Source of the DNA: Octopus vulgaris
Lineage: Eukaryota
Length of the DNA stretch: 64,000 bases
Direction of reading: 5' to 3'
Assembly: GCA_951406725.2 (NCBI GenBank)
Contig: OX597816.1
Location: 76,322,001 to 76,386,000 of the forward strand
The position numbers and the translations under genes are program-made. The notes under the pieces are model-generated. The model was given only the letters and a program-made list of their open reading frames with translations. It did no database searches and was not told the DNA's origin. Below are positions 24,419 through 39,984 of the stretch, one piece after another. Every line of letters starts with the position of its first letter. Position 1 is the first letter of the stretch.

Positions 24419-26084
24419 AATATTTGTATAGAGGGAAACATATCTTTTACTAAGAATACTTTTGTATACATATGAATCACGCAATCTACTGATTTGTAGA
24501 TAAGTTATATGAAATCGTCGTCAATATATGGCAATCCTTAGAGAAATAGCATCTGAAACTCAGCATTTGAAGCTCTCGGTTATTATTTCTTCTTGTTATC
24601 GTTTCGTATATAGATGACTTACTGCAAACTCTATGATTCAAAAGATAAATTATGAAAGGCTCTTTTGGGACTTGAATAAGATTTGATTTTACACATATGT
24701 AGGAAGTTTCATTTTACATATATAGATTTGTTCGTTAATAATGTAAAGACTGAGATGTATTTGTACAACTAGAGAGATTGAAGCCACGAATATTGTTTAG
24801 ATAACAGAAGCAGTACATAGCCTGAGGCAGAAAATGAACGATTGATTCGTGGTCCCGGTAGTCAGACATCTAATTGATTGAGTCACTTTTGAGTCTAAAC
24901 ACGTTTTTTTGCCCTCCACTCTTTATAACCTGAAAAATCAGCAAGCTGTAGATCGTCTCTGAAATAGCAGACATCCTGCCTGAGAGAACCTAATTTTAAT
25001 TGCACGATCGTGTTGTTTGTAATTAGCTCTCCCTTCAATTCAATGGAAATGTAATCGTATGATTATTGGTGACAGTTGTGCGAGCCAAAGCCCAATTTTC
25101 TTGTAAAGATTCTGAATGAGATTGATTATCTTTCTTTTTTTATTCCTAGTGCAACAAATCTTCAATTAAACAAATAATGGAATGACTAAAATAAGCAAAA
25201 CAAACAAATATGTAAATAATCATTCAGCATTTTAAACAAAGCAATATTTTATGTCATTCTGTCTGGTTGATAATAGTAGTTTTAATTAGGTTTACTTTAA
25301 AATTTGTTTGTTTCTTTTTTGCCTAACAAAATATATCCAGTAGAAAGAACGATGATCACACGGAACGAATAAGTAAAATAATGTTTTTACTAATTAAAGA
25401 CCAATCTTATGTCGGGTTTGTTAATAGATATAAAATAAAATTAAACAAAGCATTACTTACACGTAATAACAGTACTGAGTGTGGTTGGAGGGTGAAAATA
25501 ATCGGAAAATGTATAACAAATTGTTAGAAAAGGAATAATAAATCAGAAAGAGAAGAAAATACTAAAGAGATACGATAAAACCTTCTTTACAGAATTTCTC
25601 ATGCTTTTGAGAAATGGAAAGCGTTCTTGCACACACACAAACACACACACACACACGCACACACACACACACACACACTAACACTCACACGCACACACGT
25701 ACACGGGCACATACACATGCAGGCGAACATACACACACTCGTGGGCATGTATATTGGCATTGCTGCCTTAAGAGGTAATAAACGCCTGGAGATATTTTCA
25801 TGAAATGTTTATGTTTTGAGTGCCTCCTGCATTCTGACCACGTTTCTCTTTTTAGTTACTGCTATACGGAGCTGCTAATATACAGGTCTCTCCTACATCC
25901 TGATTATATTTTGTTTTCGCAAAAATCCACGATCACCATCCACTCAATAATAACAATGACGATGATGATGATGATGAAGACGAGGACGACGTCAACGACG
26001 ACAACAACAACAACGATGGAGATCAATAAAAAACTGGAATATAGAGTTAACTTCATGTGGAAAATTTTTGGCGAAGGTTATCAC

Positions 26085-26807
26085 GAAGAGAGGCATAATT
26101 TCAAGGAGATAACTCATCACCATTGCTGTTTGTGATTTGTATGATACCACTCATACAGATACCACGGAAAGTGACATCGAAGTACACCTTGAAAAGTGGA
26201 GGAAAATTAAATTATCTGTTATATATGGATGATTTACAGGTCTTTGGAAATACCGAAAGTGAAATAAATGCCCTAGTTTCAACGGTGCATATATTCGAGG
26301 AGGATATCCGAATGGAATCTGGGACTAAAAGTCGTGGTACGCTTATAAATACTAAGAAGCAAAATAGTGTCGAATGGTGTAGAGCTACTCAAAATCAAGC
26401 ATATTGAGACTAATGGATACAAACATCAGGAGATTTTAGAATACGACAAAATCAAGGAAAGTGAAATGAAAGAAAGCTTTAGGCGAAAATATCTCAGAAG
26501 AACCAGGTTAACTATGGGAAGTAGATTCAATGGAAAAAACAAAGTCAGAGCAATGAACACATGGGCTTTTTCCTTAATGTGATACGGCGCAGGTGTTGTT
26601 AGATGGACAAAGAACGAGCTTGAGGAAATTGATAGGAAAACTAGAAAAGAGATGACAATTAACAAGTAACTGACAAAATTGGTGCTTAGAAACAGGAGTG
26701 GAATAGGTATCATATGATGCAAGATCTGTGTTGTCAACGCAAACATGAACCAGACATTTTGTGGCACTTTAACATTGAGACTGACAGAGTAATAGAAGGT
26801 AGAGTTG

Positions 26808-26901
<94 letters not shown>

Positions 26902-27240
26902 ATAAAGAGAATAGAAAGTGCCAGATAATTGACTTTACAGTGAGAAATATAGAAAAAATAGCAAAGTACTAGGACCTAGCTATTGAATTATAGAGACTAT
27001 GGAAAGCGGGGGTAAAATGTATCCCAGTAGTTGTAGGCGCATTGGGAACTATCCCTAAATATCTGAATAGATGTATATAGGATAAAGATCTGAATAGATG
27101 GATAGAGGAATAAAGGATAGAGGAAACCCAGTCTAGTACAGCTGTAGAAAACAGTGTTATTAGGGACAGCTACGATACTTAGGAGGGTTCTTGGCATCTA
27201 AGGTTACTTGCTGTAACCCAATAGGAGGTTGCTTGGTATC
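26085..27240 (+). mobile_element. Decayed, internally deleted R4/Dong-like non-LTR retrotransposon (RT plus REL endonuclease)
   Basis: FQGD..SPLLFVICMIPL...LNYLLYMDDL (RT core); NKVRAMNTWAFSLM.YGAGVVRWTKNELEEIDRKTRK; ILWHFNIETDRVIE; CQIIDF; IPVVVGALGTIP; KTVLLGTATILRRVL. Many stops and frameshifts. Confidence 0.85.
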
Positions 27241-28077
27241 TAAGGCTAATTGTTGTTGCCTGGTGTTAAGATTCTTTTCTTTTGCAACACTGTAATCTGT
27301 TCAGTGTATATGAATAACAATAAAACTCCGTAGCATTCATGACGATAAATGATAATCTTATTCAAGTACTGGAAATAATTTTTCCTTTTATATTTCTTAT
27401 ATTTAGTGATACACTTTGTGGAAAATCTAAACTGAAATAAAAAGATACTGAAATAAAAGGAATATAAACGTGTACTAAACAAATAACATAGGCAAAAGCT
27501 GAATGAAATCGCAAATTTAGTTTTACAGACGAATATATTAATAGTAAACAAACAATACATCGAATCTATAGTAGAAAATTCAAGAGACATACTCTAGAAA
27601 CATATTACAAATAAATATTTTAAAAAGCTAAGCAGAAATAGCAATGCAGAAGTTATAAACTTCCATAATAAAAGTTTTAAAGAATTATAGATGTTCGTTG
27701 AGAAAACTGATATTGAAATCTGAAAGAATATGAAAATAGAATGGAAGACATTTATGAATTATTAAAGGTTCTGATGGGTGAAATTATAGACATTAACGAC
27801 AGGAAATGTTGACGCAATATAAAATTTGAAGCGTAAATAAAGACGTGTACAACAACATATTAGTTTAGTTTGTGAAAATGTTAAATAAGGCGAATTGTAA
27901 CAGTTATAAAAATCAGAGGAAAAACCCTTGTTGTTTATATAAAGTGAATGTTTTATAGCTAGCTGTATCTTACTTTTAAAATCGCGCCGGCAGTATTAGA
28001 GTGTAACCTATAGAGCTAACAGATAGATCAAATTCTAACAGAACAGTTAGTATTAAGTGATTGATTGTATTTTTATT

Positions 28078-28126
28078 ATTGTCACTGAGGAGGTCACACA
28101 TGTGTGACGAAAGATTTCCTGACAAT
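28078..28126 (+). ncRNA. Compact type I hammerhead motif
   Basis: AUUGUCA-CUGAGGA-G-GUCAC-ACAUGU-GUGAC-GAAA-GAUUUCC-UGACAAU. Perfect 7-bp stem I and 5-bp or longer stem II; the cleavage-site region deviates by one nucleotide. Confidence 0.65.
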
Positions 28127-28888
28127 GGACATGAGTTAGAATAAGAACAGTAATAAATGAGTGAAGAACGAATATATAGTGGGTGTGTTTATTTGGCAAA
28201 ATAAATAAATAAACGACCGTCTCAAAATACAACAATAACTCTTTCAATACATGACTTTACATCAGAAATCTTGCAACACAAATTAATAAATTTTTAATAT
28301 TGCTTTTGTTAATGTTTACGTCCATATCAGCTGTTATCCAAAAGTTCTATGATCGAAAGCGTTCCAGAGATTATCTCCTCTTCTTTGTTTTTAGCCATAT
28401 CATATCTAGAACTGTATTATCCAATGTACTATTCATTTTCAAGGAGGTATTGTATGAATTGTTTTATTTAAGACAATAAAACTATATTACCAATCCCATC
28501 GTTGGAAAACATTACTTTAAAGTGTTATTCCTCCTTAATTAAGATGCAATAAGCTTCATTAAGTGTATAGCTCATTATTTAATGAAAAAAGTATTGTTTT
28601 TTCTCTTCAGAGATCTTAAACAAAATGAACAGGAGAAAGACGTGCAAAATATCAAGTAAAAGAAGGGTTTATGTAGTTGGTGCCAAATTTTATTTATTCA
28701 GTCGCCAGCACGCATTTGGGAGTCCCATGAAGAAAACAAATTCCCATTCCCGATCGGTAAACTCATCAATATAACTTTTACTGCGTAGAGAAATGTGCAA
28801 AAGCAATAGAAGACAATTGCAATCGTTTATAGAGGCGTTACTTTCTGCTGTAAATTACCTGATCCATTGTATAGGATGATTTGCAACG

Positions 28889-31015
<2,127 letters not shown>

Positions 31016-31499
31016 GTAAGCTACTACAAAGGAGGTAAATATCGATCATTACGATACAAAAGGCCATAGGAAGAACCATGCTAGGAATTTCATTCCGTGT
31101 GCATGTCCAAAATGCAGCTATTTGAGAAGAAGCGGAGTGAAAAATATATTAATATTATTATTATATCTTGTCTGTTGAAAATCTATATTTCGTGCAGCTG
31201 AAGAGAGCGCTGCATTTAAATTGATGTTATGATTACAATGTCCAATTAAATGGAACCTCTTGACACTGTCGTACTGCATTGACAATTTTCGTAAAGTTTG
31301 TAGCTGAGATTACACCTATTGCAGTAAATAAGGCTGGAAGAAGTGCAGCAGAAGAAATCCCTAATGTAGAGGTTGTACTGCTTGAGGGACGCGGTGCTAG
31401 AGATGAAGAGACATGTGTGGCAACAGGATCTGAAGCAAAGGAAGGATCCGAGTTGTGTTGGAATGGAGAGAGTGGGTCCAACGGAGCAGTAGTTTAAAG

Positions 31500-32090
31500 G
31501 AGGACAAAGGTGCCGTAGGGAAAATAGGGATAGTGGTGGGATATAGCAGGAGGTGACGTAAGGCCCGTAGGGTCCTCTGATGAAGGGGTGGCAAAGGAGG
31601 GGGAGGGGATGTGTTTGGGGGTTCGGTGTGGGGAAGGAGACCGGGCGGTGGTGCGATCGATTTGACGAGCGCGGGTAAGGGTACATTGGACTAGGGTGGA
31701 TGGATATCCGCGACGCATGAACAAGCGGGCCAGATACGGGTACTGGGTTTCGAAATGCTGATCGCGCTTGCACAGGGTTTGGAGGCGGAGGAACTGGGAG
31801 TAAGGGGTGGCCCATTGGGCATGGAAGGGATATGAGGGGGAAAAATTGAGGTAGAGCGGGAAGTCCGTGGGTTTGAAGATGGCGGAGATAGTGAGAGAGT
31901 GGGTGGAGATCAATGGGGGGAGAGAGAGAGAGATATCCAAGAAGTTTACAGAAATGCCAGGGATGGTAGAGGTAAATTGGAGAGTAGGATGAAAGTTAGA
32001 AATGAAAAAGATAAAATTGGAGAGTTGTTCGCGGGAGAGAGAGGTGGCACGAGTACCGTCGTCTATATAGCGACCGTATATGGGGTCGGT
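31500..32090 (-). mobile_element. Penelope-like element RT fragment (Neptune-like)
   Basis: GRYIDD...NFHPTLQFT...VNFLDI...FKPTD..LYLNFSPSYP....TPYSQFLRLQTLC...FMRRGYP matches the PLE RT palm/thumb signature. Confidence 0.88.
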
Positions 32091-32110
32091 TCGATAACTG
32101 TGAGAATATT

Positions 32111-32154
<44 letters not shown>

Positions 32155-32660
32155 TCCATAATAATTCAAACACTTTTTCTTACATCCACTTTCACCATTA
32201 TGTTACAGACGTTAGAAAATTATTTATAAATATCACTACGAATTTTCTATCTCTTTTATCCATAACTAGATTCTCAATTCATATTGCAATTTTTTTAATA
32301 ATTAACATTAAAATATAGAAACGTATATTTCTTTGAAAAATCTTTCTTACGAATTTACCTTAGCCTTATCTCTCCTACATTGTTATCAAATTCAACTTCT
32401 CTCTCAAAAAAGAGAAACTCTTTTATCAACACTAATTTTTTTGTCATTTGAATTTCAAGTAACTTACATAAAATTATACTAAATATTTGTATTTCTTATT
32501 CTAGGAATTTTTCAAACAAATTTCTTTTTAATATACACCATGATTTATTTTCATTACTTCCATTGTATAACTCTTATAACTGTCAACGCATATTCAAATT
32601 TAAATATAAGTATGCTGTCCCTTTGGGCGCTTATTTATTTATACACACACACACACACAC

Positions 32661-32701
<41 letters not shown>

Positions 32702-33019
32702 TATATACACATATATGTATGTTTATATGTGTGTGTGTATGTGTGTGTGTTTGTGCGTGTGTGTGTGTGTGTGTATGTGTGGAAAAAGCCAAGGTGGAAA
32801 ATACTAAAATACTCTTACAAAAAACATTTCAGTACCAGTTCCAGTCATTGAGACTTTTTCAACTCTAAGTATTGGAAAAAAATTAAATTCCGGAAAAAAT
32901 TTAAAAAAAAGTTTTTTAAAAGAATATTTGCATAGTATTCAAATACAAGGAGCATTTTTCTCTCTGTCTCTCTCTTGTTTACTCTTGTGGGTTCGAGGTC
33001 GTTGTGAATTCTTGACAGT

Positions 33020-33110
33020 GAAGAAGAAGAAGAAGAAGAAGAAGAAGAAGAAGAAGAAGAAGGATGAGGAGGAGGAGAATAAGAATAAGAAAGAGGTGGA
33101 GAAGAAGAAT
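33020..33110. repeat. (GAA)n/purine-rich microsatellite
   Basis: Direct read. A 37-bp direct repeat TATGATAGTAGTAGAATGTTAAATGGTCAAGTGACCT follows at ~33121 and ~33349. Confidence 0.9.
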
Positions 33111-33398
33111 GCGGGAGGGCTATGATAGTAGTAGAATGTTAAATGGTCAAGTGACCTGGAAGTGAATTGTCGTGGATTGTAGTAGTGATTGAATTCTTGA
33201 GGTATCTCTTTTGAATGTTTTCTTTATAAATTTTGTGTAGTTGTTATTCTAAACAGCAATAGTGGTAAAGTTAGACAGGAAGTGGCGGAGAGGAAGAAGA
33301 CGAAGAAGAAGGAGAAAGAGAAGGGAGAATAAGAAGGAATGTAAGTGGTATGATAGTAGTAGAATGTTAAATGGTCAAGTGACCTAAAGGAGGTTCGT

Positions 33399-33432
<34 letters not shown>

Positions 33433-33799
33433 CATATGTATGTATATATATATATATGTACGTATGTATGTATGTATGCCTGTATATATATATATATATA
33501 TATATATATGCATATTAATTCTTATGATAAATACTTTATATGGAATGTATATCACGTAATTACTTATCTTCATATAAAGAGAAGTTTTCTTAAACATTTT
33601 CACTTATATTTCCAAATATCCGTTAGCCGCGTCAGTTATACTTTATTCACAACTAGTCTTAACACTACCTAAGCCTGTTTTTATCTTTCATCTTTCATAA
33701 TCATATTATGCCTATCCAAATATGTTATGCGACACTCACTCCATCTAGTTTTCTGTAACAATATAATATTCTGCAGATGTATTCTTTTTTTATGTATTC

Positions 33800-33914
33800 G
33801 CACTGAGGAGAACGGTAGTATGTCATTAATGTAATTATAATTATAATTGAATTAATTTTAATTTTTTTCCATGTTTCTTACATGTTAATATTACCGTTCG
33901 AAACGATCGTATGC
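33800..33914 (+). ncRNA. Type I hammerhead ribozyme with intact core; predicted cleavage after A33911
   Basis: GCA-CUGAGGA-GAACGGUAGUAU-(~66 nt, AU-rich)-AUAUUACCGUUC-GAAA-CGAUCG-UA-UGC. 12-bp stem II base and palindromic ACGAUCGU stem III. Confidence 0.8.
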
Positions 33915-34321
33915 ATGGATTAAAATTCTATGAAAATTTTAACACCTAGTCTTCTCCATCATTAATTGTACGTTGAGTTTCAATAGAATACGTGCCCTAT
34001 AAATTCTCATACCACACACACACACACACGCACACATATACATACAGATATAAAACTAAGTATGGTTAATTTACTAAATTAATTGAATTAATTAAAATTA
34101 TCAATTAATTAGAAGATAAGGGATAATATATGAAAATTTAAGTGCTACTACAATACTTAGAAAGACTTAAGAGGAAATATTATAAGAGAATATAGAAAAA
34201 ACTGACAATATATGAGTTTATTCAGACATGTGCTATCATAGAAGAATTCAGATAAAAGAAGAAAGTTAGATGCAGAGGAATAGAGATATACACAACGAAG
34301 AATATACGGGGAGGAACTACA

Positions 34322-35795
34322 AACGTGTTTCGTGGTCTGCTACCACAACAGCTCCATTATAGGATCCAGTTAGCTCAAGACATCATCAGGAGGAACCACG
34401 TCCGGTTTCGGCCCCTACTCCTCTATCGTTTTGACGTGGCGGGGCCCCCCTTTCGGAGGTGTCTTCAGCTCTGGTGTTGGGTGCATGTCTTCTTTCTCCT
34501 TCTTTCTTCTGTTCCCTGGCCTCTTCGATGTATCGTCAGTGAGTGTCAGCCGGTGACTGACTATCTTGTCAAAGCTTTCCCTTTAAATACCTGCTGCATA
34601 GTCTCCAGCAGGCAGCCCCAGCAAGTTGTCACGTGACACTGTCTCACCTTAACTGACTAGTGAAGGCGCGTAGTTTTAGCCCGCGCTTTTACTAAACGAC
34701 CGTTACCTGACAGGCAGCCCCAGCAAGTTGTCACGTGACACTGTCTCACCTTAACTGACTAGTGAAGGTGCGTAGTTTTAGCCCGCGCTTTTTCTAAACG
34801 ACCGTCACCTGTCAGTCAGCTTGTCTCACCGAATGGTGTTATTTCCTGTCGGCGTGTTTATGACTTTCAAGCCATTTTCGGTCTTCCCGCTTCAACCATA
34901 TATAGAAGCTGGCTTTTTCGACCGCCTCCTGTACTCTCCTTATTAGTTTACGCAGCTCGGGGCTAAAAAAAACAAATCTTCTTTTGAAAAGTGTTGTCAT
35001 TCTCTTTTCAATGAAGACTTTAGCCCCCACTGCCAGGTGATAACATTCGACATTCCATCCCTGTTCTCTGCATTCTTCGATTAGCATTTCATACTTCTTC
35101 CCCTTTCGTTCCTCTGCATTGCCGATGTTCTCTTCCCAAGGTGCTGTCAGTTCTAGTAAAATTCTCATTCTCCGGTCTCTGTTCCAAAGAACTAAATCCG
35201 GTCTTTTTGTTGTTTTTATTAGTAGAAATATTACTTGTCTTTCCAAGTCCGTGGCCACCGCCCAGTATCCCTTCCATCTTTCGTCTATCTCGTATACTTT
35301 ACTTGTAGGCCTGGATTTATAACCTTTTCCCTCCTTGTTGAAGTATACTCACCTGCGCTTTTCTACTTTTGGGTATTCTCCTCTATTGTACCTCTCGATC
35401 TTATCCTTGAGTGCTGCGCTTATGACGCCGATGACTTGATTATGCCGCCATGTATATCTTTCAAGTGCTTGTCTGCAACCTGACAGAACATGTCTAACCG
35501 TCGCTTTCTCTCCGCATCTACACTCGTCGGTTGTTTTTATGAGGGTAGAACGTCGAAAGTAGACTTGATCAGGAAGGATGTTCTTGCTTGTTCCCAAGCC
35601 CAAAGTTCCTTCCATGATATTCTGCGGTTGATCATACATTCCTCCCATCTCAGGCACTGTCCCTGTTGACTGCATTACACCAAATGTACATTTCGCCTTT
35701 CTTCTTCTTCCTTTCTCACTTCGTATACCACTGCCTCTTTCATCTCTTTTACACTGCTCTTGCAAAATGGCCCGAAGTTTTGCGACCCTACGCCG
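34322..35795 (-). mobile_element. 5'-truncated HERO-like non-LTR retrotransposon (CCHC knuckle, REL endonuclease, 3' UTR)
   Basis: CRCGEKATVRHVLSGCRQALERYTWRHNQV; RPDLVLWNR...LELTAPWEENIGNAEERK.KKY..LIEECREQGW; stop at 34839; frameshifted. Confidence 0.85.
34608..34812. repeat. 102-bp tandem duplication in the HERO-like 3' UTR
   Basis: CAGGCAGCCCCAGCAAGTTGTCACGTGACACTGTCTCACC...AAACGACCGT(T/C)ACCTG occurs twice with ~3 differences. Confidence 0.92.
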
Positions 35796-35947
35796 GTTGA
35801 AGATAAGATAGAAGATAATTAAAGAATGAAACTCTTCTTATATGTAAATTTTAAATGTTAAAAACACTTACTTATATATATATCTATTATTCTGCATTTA
35901 TGTACACACGCACTTATATACACATACGCATAAACATATATATATAT

Positions 35948-36327
35948 ACTTATGAGTAAGGGCTAAAGAAAATTATTTCAATGCCAATATGCTGATAACA
36001 GACTATTAAATCGTCAATTTCCACATATTGTTTACTCACTACAGATAAACGAAGAATTGAAATCGGGTAAGCCGGCCGATAGAATTTTTTAAAAAGTTCG
36101 TTATTTCTATATTGAATCAATTTCGGAATTAATCTCATAAAAGATATTTTCCTCTTCCGTAGAACATACGAAAAGATATAAATAAGATACTTACATGCGC
36201 CCGTGGAAAAATCACGAGTATATATAAGTACCCCAGCGAGTAAATAATATGTGGAAATTGACTATTTAATAGTCTGTTATCAGCATATTGGCATTGAAAT
36301 AATTTTCTTTAGCCCTTACTTATAAGT
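35948..36327. repeat. Inverted repeat (82-bp arms) enclosing a decayed HHR-like motif
   Basis: 35948-36029 matches the reverse complement of 36246-36327. The minus-strand interior reads CGGAAGA-GGAA...UUCC-GAAA-UUGA-UU (36108-36162). Confidence 0.85.
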
Positions 36328-36423
36328 TGTATATAATTTTAACCGTAAAGGTATTTTAATATGCTGCCACAATTTTTGATGGAATTTTTTTTCTGTAGAA
36401 AAAAACTTCATCCTATATGAGTA

Positions 36424-36468
<45 letters not shown>

Positions 36469-36791
36469 TATATATATATATATATACGTATACAAAAACA
36501 TTAATACACATACGCACATACACACATCTACATATATAAAGTACATAGATGAAGAAAAAACAAAATGAAATGAAAATTATATTAGTGATAAATTAAGTTA
36601 TTTAATCTATAAAAAATTTATTGAACAAATAGCTATGAAAATACACGAACACACATATATATATACATATACACCTACATAAATATCCACACACACACAC
36701 ACACACATACACACACAAACACACACACATATATACATACATACACTTATACATATATAAATATACAAACATATATACATACACCATAAGT

Positions 36792-36839
<48 letters not shown>

Positions 36840-37333
36840 CACATATATATACATATATATAAACACATACACATATACATACACACATACATACGTACAC
36901 ACATATATAGATATATAAGATTTATATTTGTGTATGTGTAGATATATATATGTGTATGTGTGTGTATTTATGTATGTATATGTGCTTGTGTGTGTGTATG
37001 CGACTGTGTGTATGTGACTGTGTATGTATGTGTATATACATGTTTATATATGAAACACCTAATGATTTCACTTTTCTACTCCCATAATTTAATAATCGGT
37101 CTATTGTTTTTTTTATATATCACCATTTATCATATTTTTGCATAAGTATGTCTGCATTAACATTATTGTTATTAATATTAATGTATGACAATAACTATTT
37201 TTATAACTATATATATATATATTTATTTATATTATGTGTTATTTGAATGGTTCACTGTATTTTTCCTCTTTGTCTTTTCAATGTTTATATTATGTTTTCA
37301 ATATGTTATATATAAATTTCTTTCTACGTTCTT

Positions 37334-37434
37334 CCCTGGTGATATCCAGGCTTATAATAACTAATCAAATTGATTTAATTAAATTCAAATTTGATTGATT
37401 TTATGCTATAAACGAGGAATTGAAACAATTGTAG
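37334..37434 (+). ncRNA. Decayed hammerhead motif
   Basis: CC-CUGGUGA-UAUCC...(internal hairpin)...GGAAUU-GAAA-CAAUUG-UA-GG. A6G change. Confidence 0.4.
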
Positions 37435-37599
37435 GTCTTGTCAATGTGTTAATAATTTTTTATTGATATTATCTCCATCTTTTCTCTTCGTTTTTATAAT
37501 AAAAATCTATATGCGAGTGCCTATATTATAAGGTATTCAATCTGTCTAATCTTGGATATTTTTCTCCCTCAGCTCTTTATATATCCTCCCTGTTCTTTA

Positions 37600-37662
<63 letters not shown>

Positions 37663-37814
37663 TATAAATATATATATAAATATATATATAAATATATATA
37701 AATATATAAATATATATATATATATATATAAACAATACGTTCATGTATATATATATACATATATATACACACATACACATATATATATATATACACAATG
37801 TATGTATATATAGA

Positions 37815-37846
<32 letters not shown>

Positions 37847-38148
37847 CAATAAGGTCACGCTTTGATCATATACCTATATGGAACGCAATGTTCTCGTTTA
37901 GAGCGGAAGGAAAAAGCTATCGCGTGATGTTGGATGAAGTGCAGCATTATAAATTATACCAAGCAATGTTGACAGAATTCCATCCGTGTCCAATTATATC
38001 TAATGATTTATTGAACCTCAAGTGTCTCAAAGGTAGATTTCATATTGATAAACAAACTACTTCTCGTGGTTAAGCATAATAGTTTCCACTTCTTAAATAT
38101 ACTAGCTTATATACAGAAACATACATACATACATACATACATATGTAT

Positions 38149-38233
<85 letters not shown>

Positions 38234-38902
38234 AATACATATATGCATACACACACACACATAAGTATGTTTCTTTGTATGTATCTCTGTGTGTGTAGGC
38301 AGAGTGCATGACCGTATGTATTTGAGTTTGCACGCACATTATAACATCCACTTGTCATTGATATCTGTTTTATTACGAATATGCTTGAAGATACTATCAA
38401 ACTCCGACTTGGATAAAATTTCTTTCTAAAAGCATTACATGATGTTGACAATAAAATGAAATCAAAGCATCAATATATAACAACAGGTGAAAGTGTCCCT
38501 GTGAACACAACTAGCAGATAGACACATTAGTGAATTTTTCCAATTTAATTATGTTATATATGTACAATGACATGAAAACATACGGGGAATAATGTTTTAC
38601 TTTTTTTCGGGTTAATTCGTGTGTCTTAACATACGGAAGCAATACACGAGAATTACTGATGGCGTAGTTAAATACATTCCGATTACACTTGTGTAAGGTG
38701 TGTATTACAAGCGGTTATGCTGTCTGCGAATGGGAAATAATAGAAGTAAATGATCAGGTAACACAACCGGTGTGAGGTATAGCGACTCACTGATACAATA
38801 TAACAGGGACGTGTAGATGTATAAGTGCTAGGTCAATATTTCAATGCCTCTTCAGTTGCTATATGCTGCAGAACCCGTCTACACAAGAGCACATAATATA
38901 CT

Positions 38903-38944
<42 letters not shown>

Positions 38945-39012
38945 TATATGTATGTATATATATAAATACATAGTACGTACACACACATATATAGTTTCAT
39001 ACACACACACAT

Positions 39013-39052
<40 letters not shown>

Positions 39053-39082
39053 TTACGTATACATATGTGTATATATATATGC

Positions 39083-39128
<46 letters not shown>

Positions 39129-39945
39129 TTTTGCGTGTGTGTGCGTGTGTGTATGTGTGCGTGTTATAGACACATGTGTTTACGTGAGTGATTGCGTGAT
39201 GTGTGTTTGTGCTTTTATACAATATAAATAGGCCTCATAGCCGAAAGAGTGAAAAGTCCATTTCACAATGTCAATGGTCGAGATTTCACCCCACTGTTTG
39301 TCTCCTCACGTGAATTTCCTTTCCTATAGCCTCTAGTCAATCAAGACCTGGAAGGGAAATTGAATGCGTATTACAAAAATTAAAAAAATTCCATCTACGG
39401 GCGTTTCAGAGACGTGCCAAGTAGTGTGATATATTTCATGTTTTTAAAACTGACACTCGCCTCATTAGGATGGTTTAAAACAGTACAGAAAAAACAAATA
39501 CAGAAATACAATTATACAATTACATACCAGCCACTCGAGGAAAAAAAAACTTTTACTTTTTAAATTTTTGTAATATTTTCGTGGTATTTTAGTACGTCCT
39601 TTTAATGTTTTATCATATCAAATTTTTTATTACACCATTGTATTATAACTTCTAAATTTAAAATTCACTTTGTTTTATATATCGATTTTTATCTATTCAT
39701 ACGTATTTTTATATTTATGTTTTTGTAATTTTTATATCCGTTTTATAAATGTAGAAGAATATATGTATAAATTTGATTTTGAGTGTGGTCATTACTTATG
39801 TTCCTCTAGTTTCTGCTTGTATTGCCTCCATTCAGATTATTAAGCGGAATATAGCTCACTTGGAGCACTACAACTTTAGTCTGTATTTTATTTGCGAGTA
39901 TTGTTAGTATTAGCAATCTCAAAATCAAGTAGTGTATTTAATATA

Positions 39946-39984
<39 letters not shown>

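Noticed and set aside
28611-28760. Strong acceptor TTGTTTTTTCTCTTCAG as the start of an exon
   Set aside because: No recognisable peptide or convincing donor; cannot be supported without RNA data.
31196-31225. CTGAAGAGAGCGC, a possible HHR 5' half near the PLE RT
   Set aside because: No matching stem II partner or GAAA downstream.
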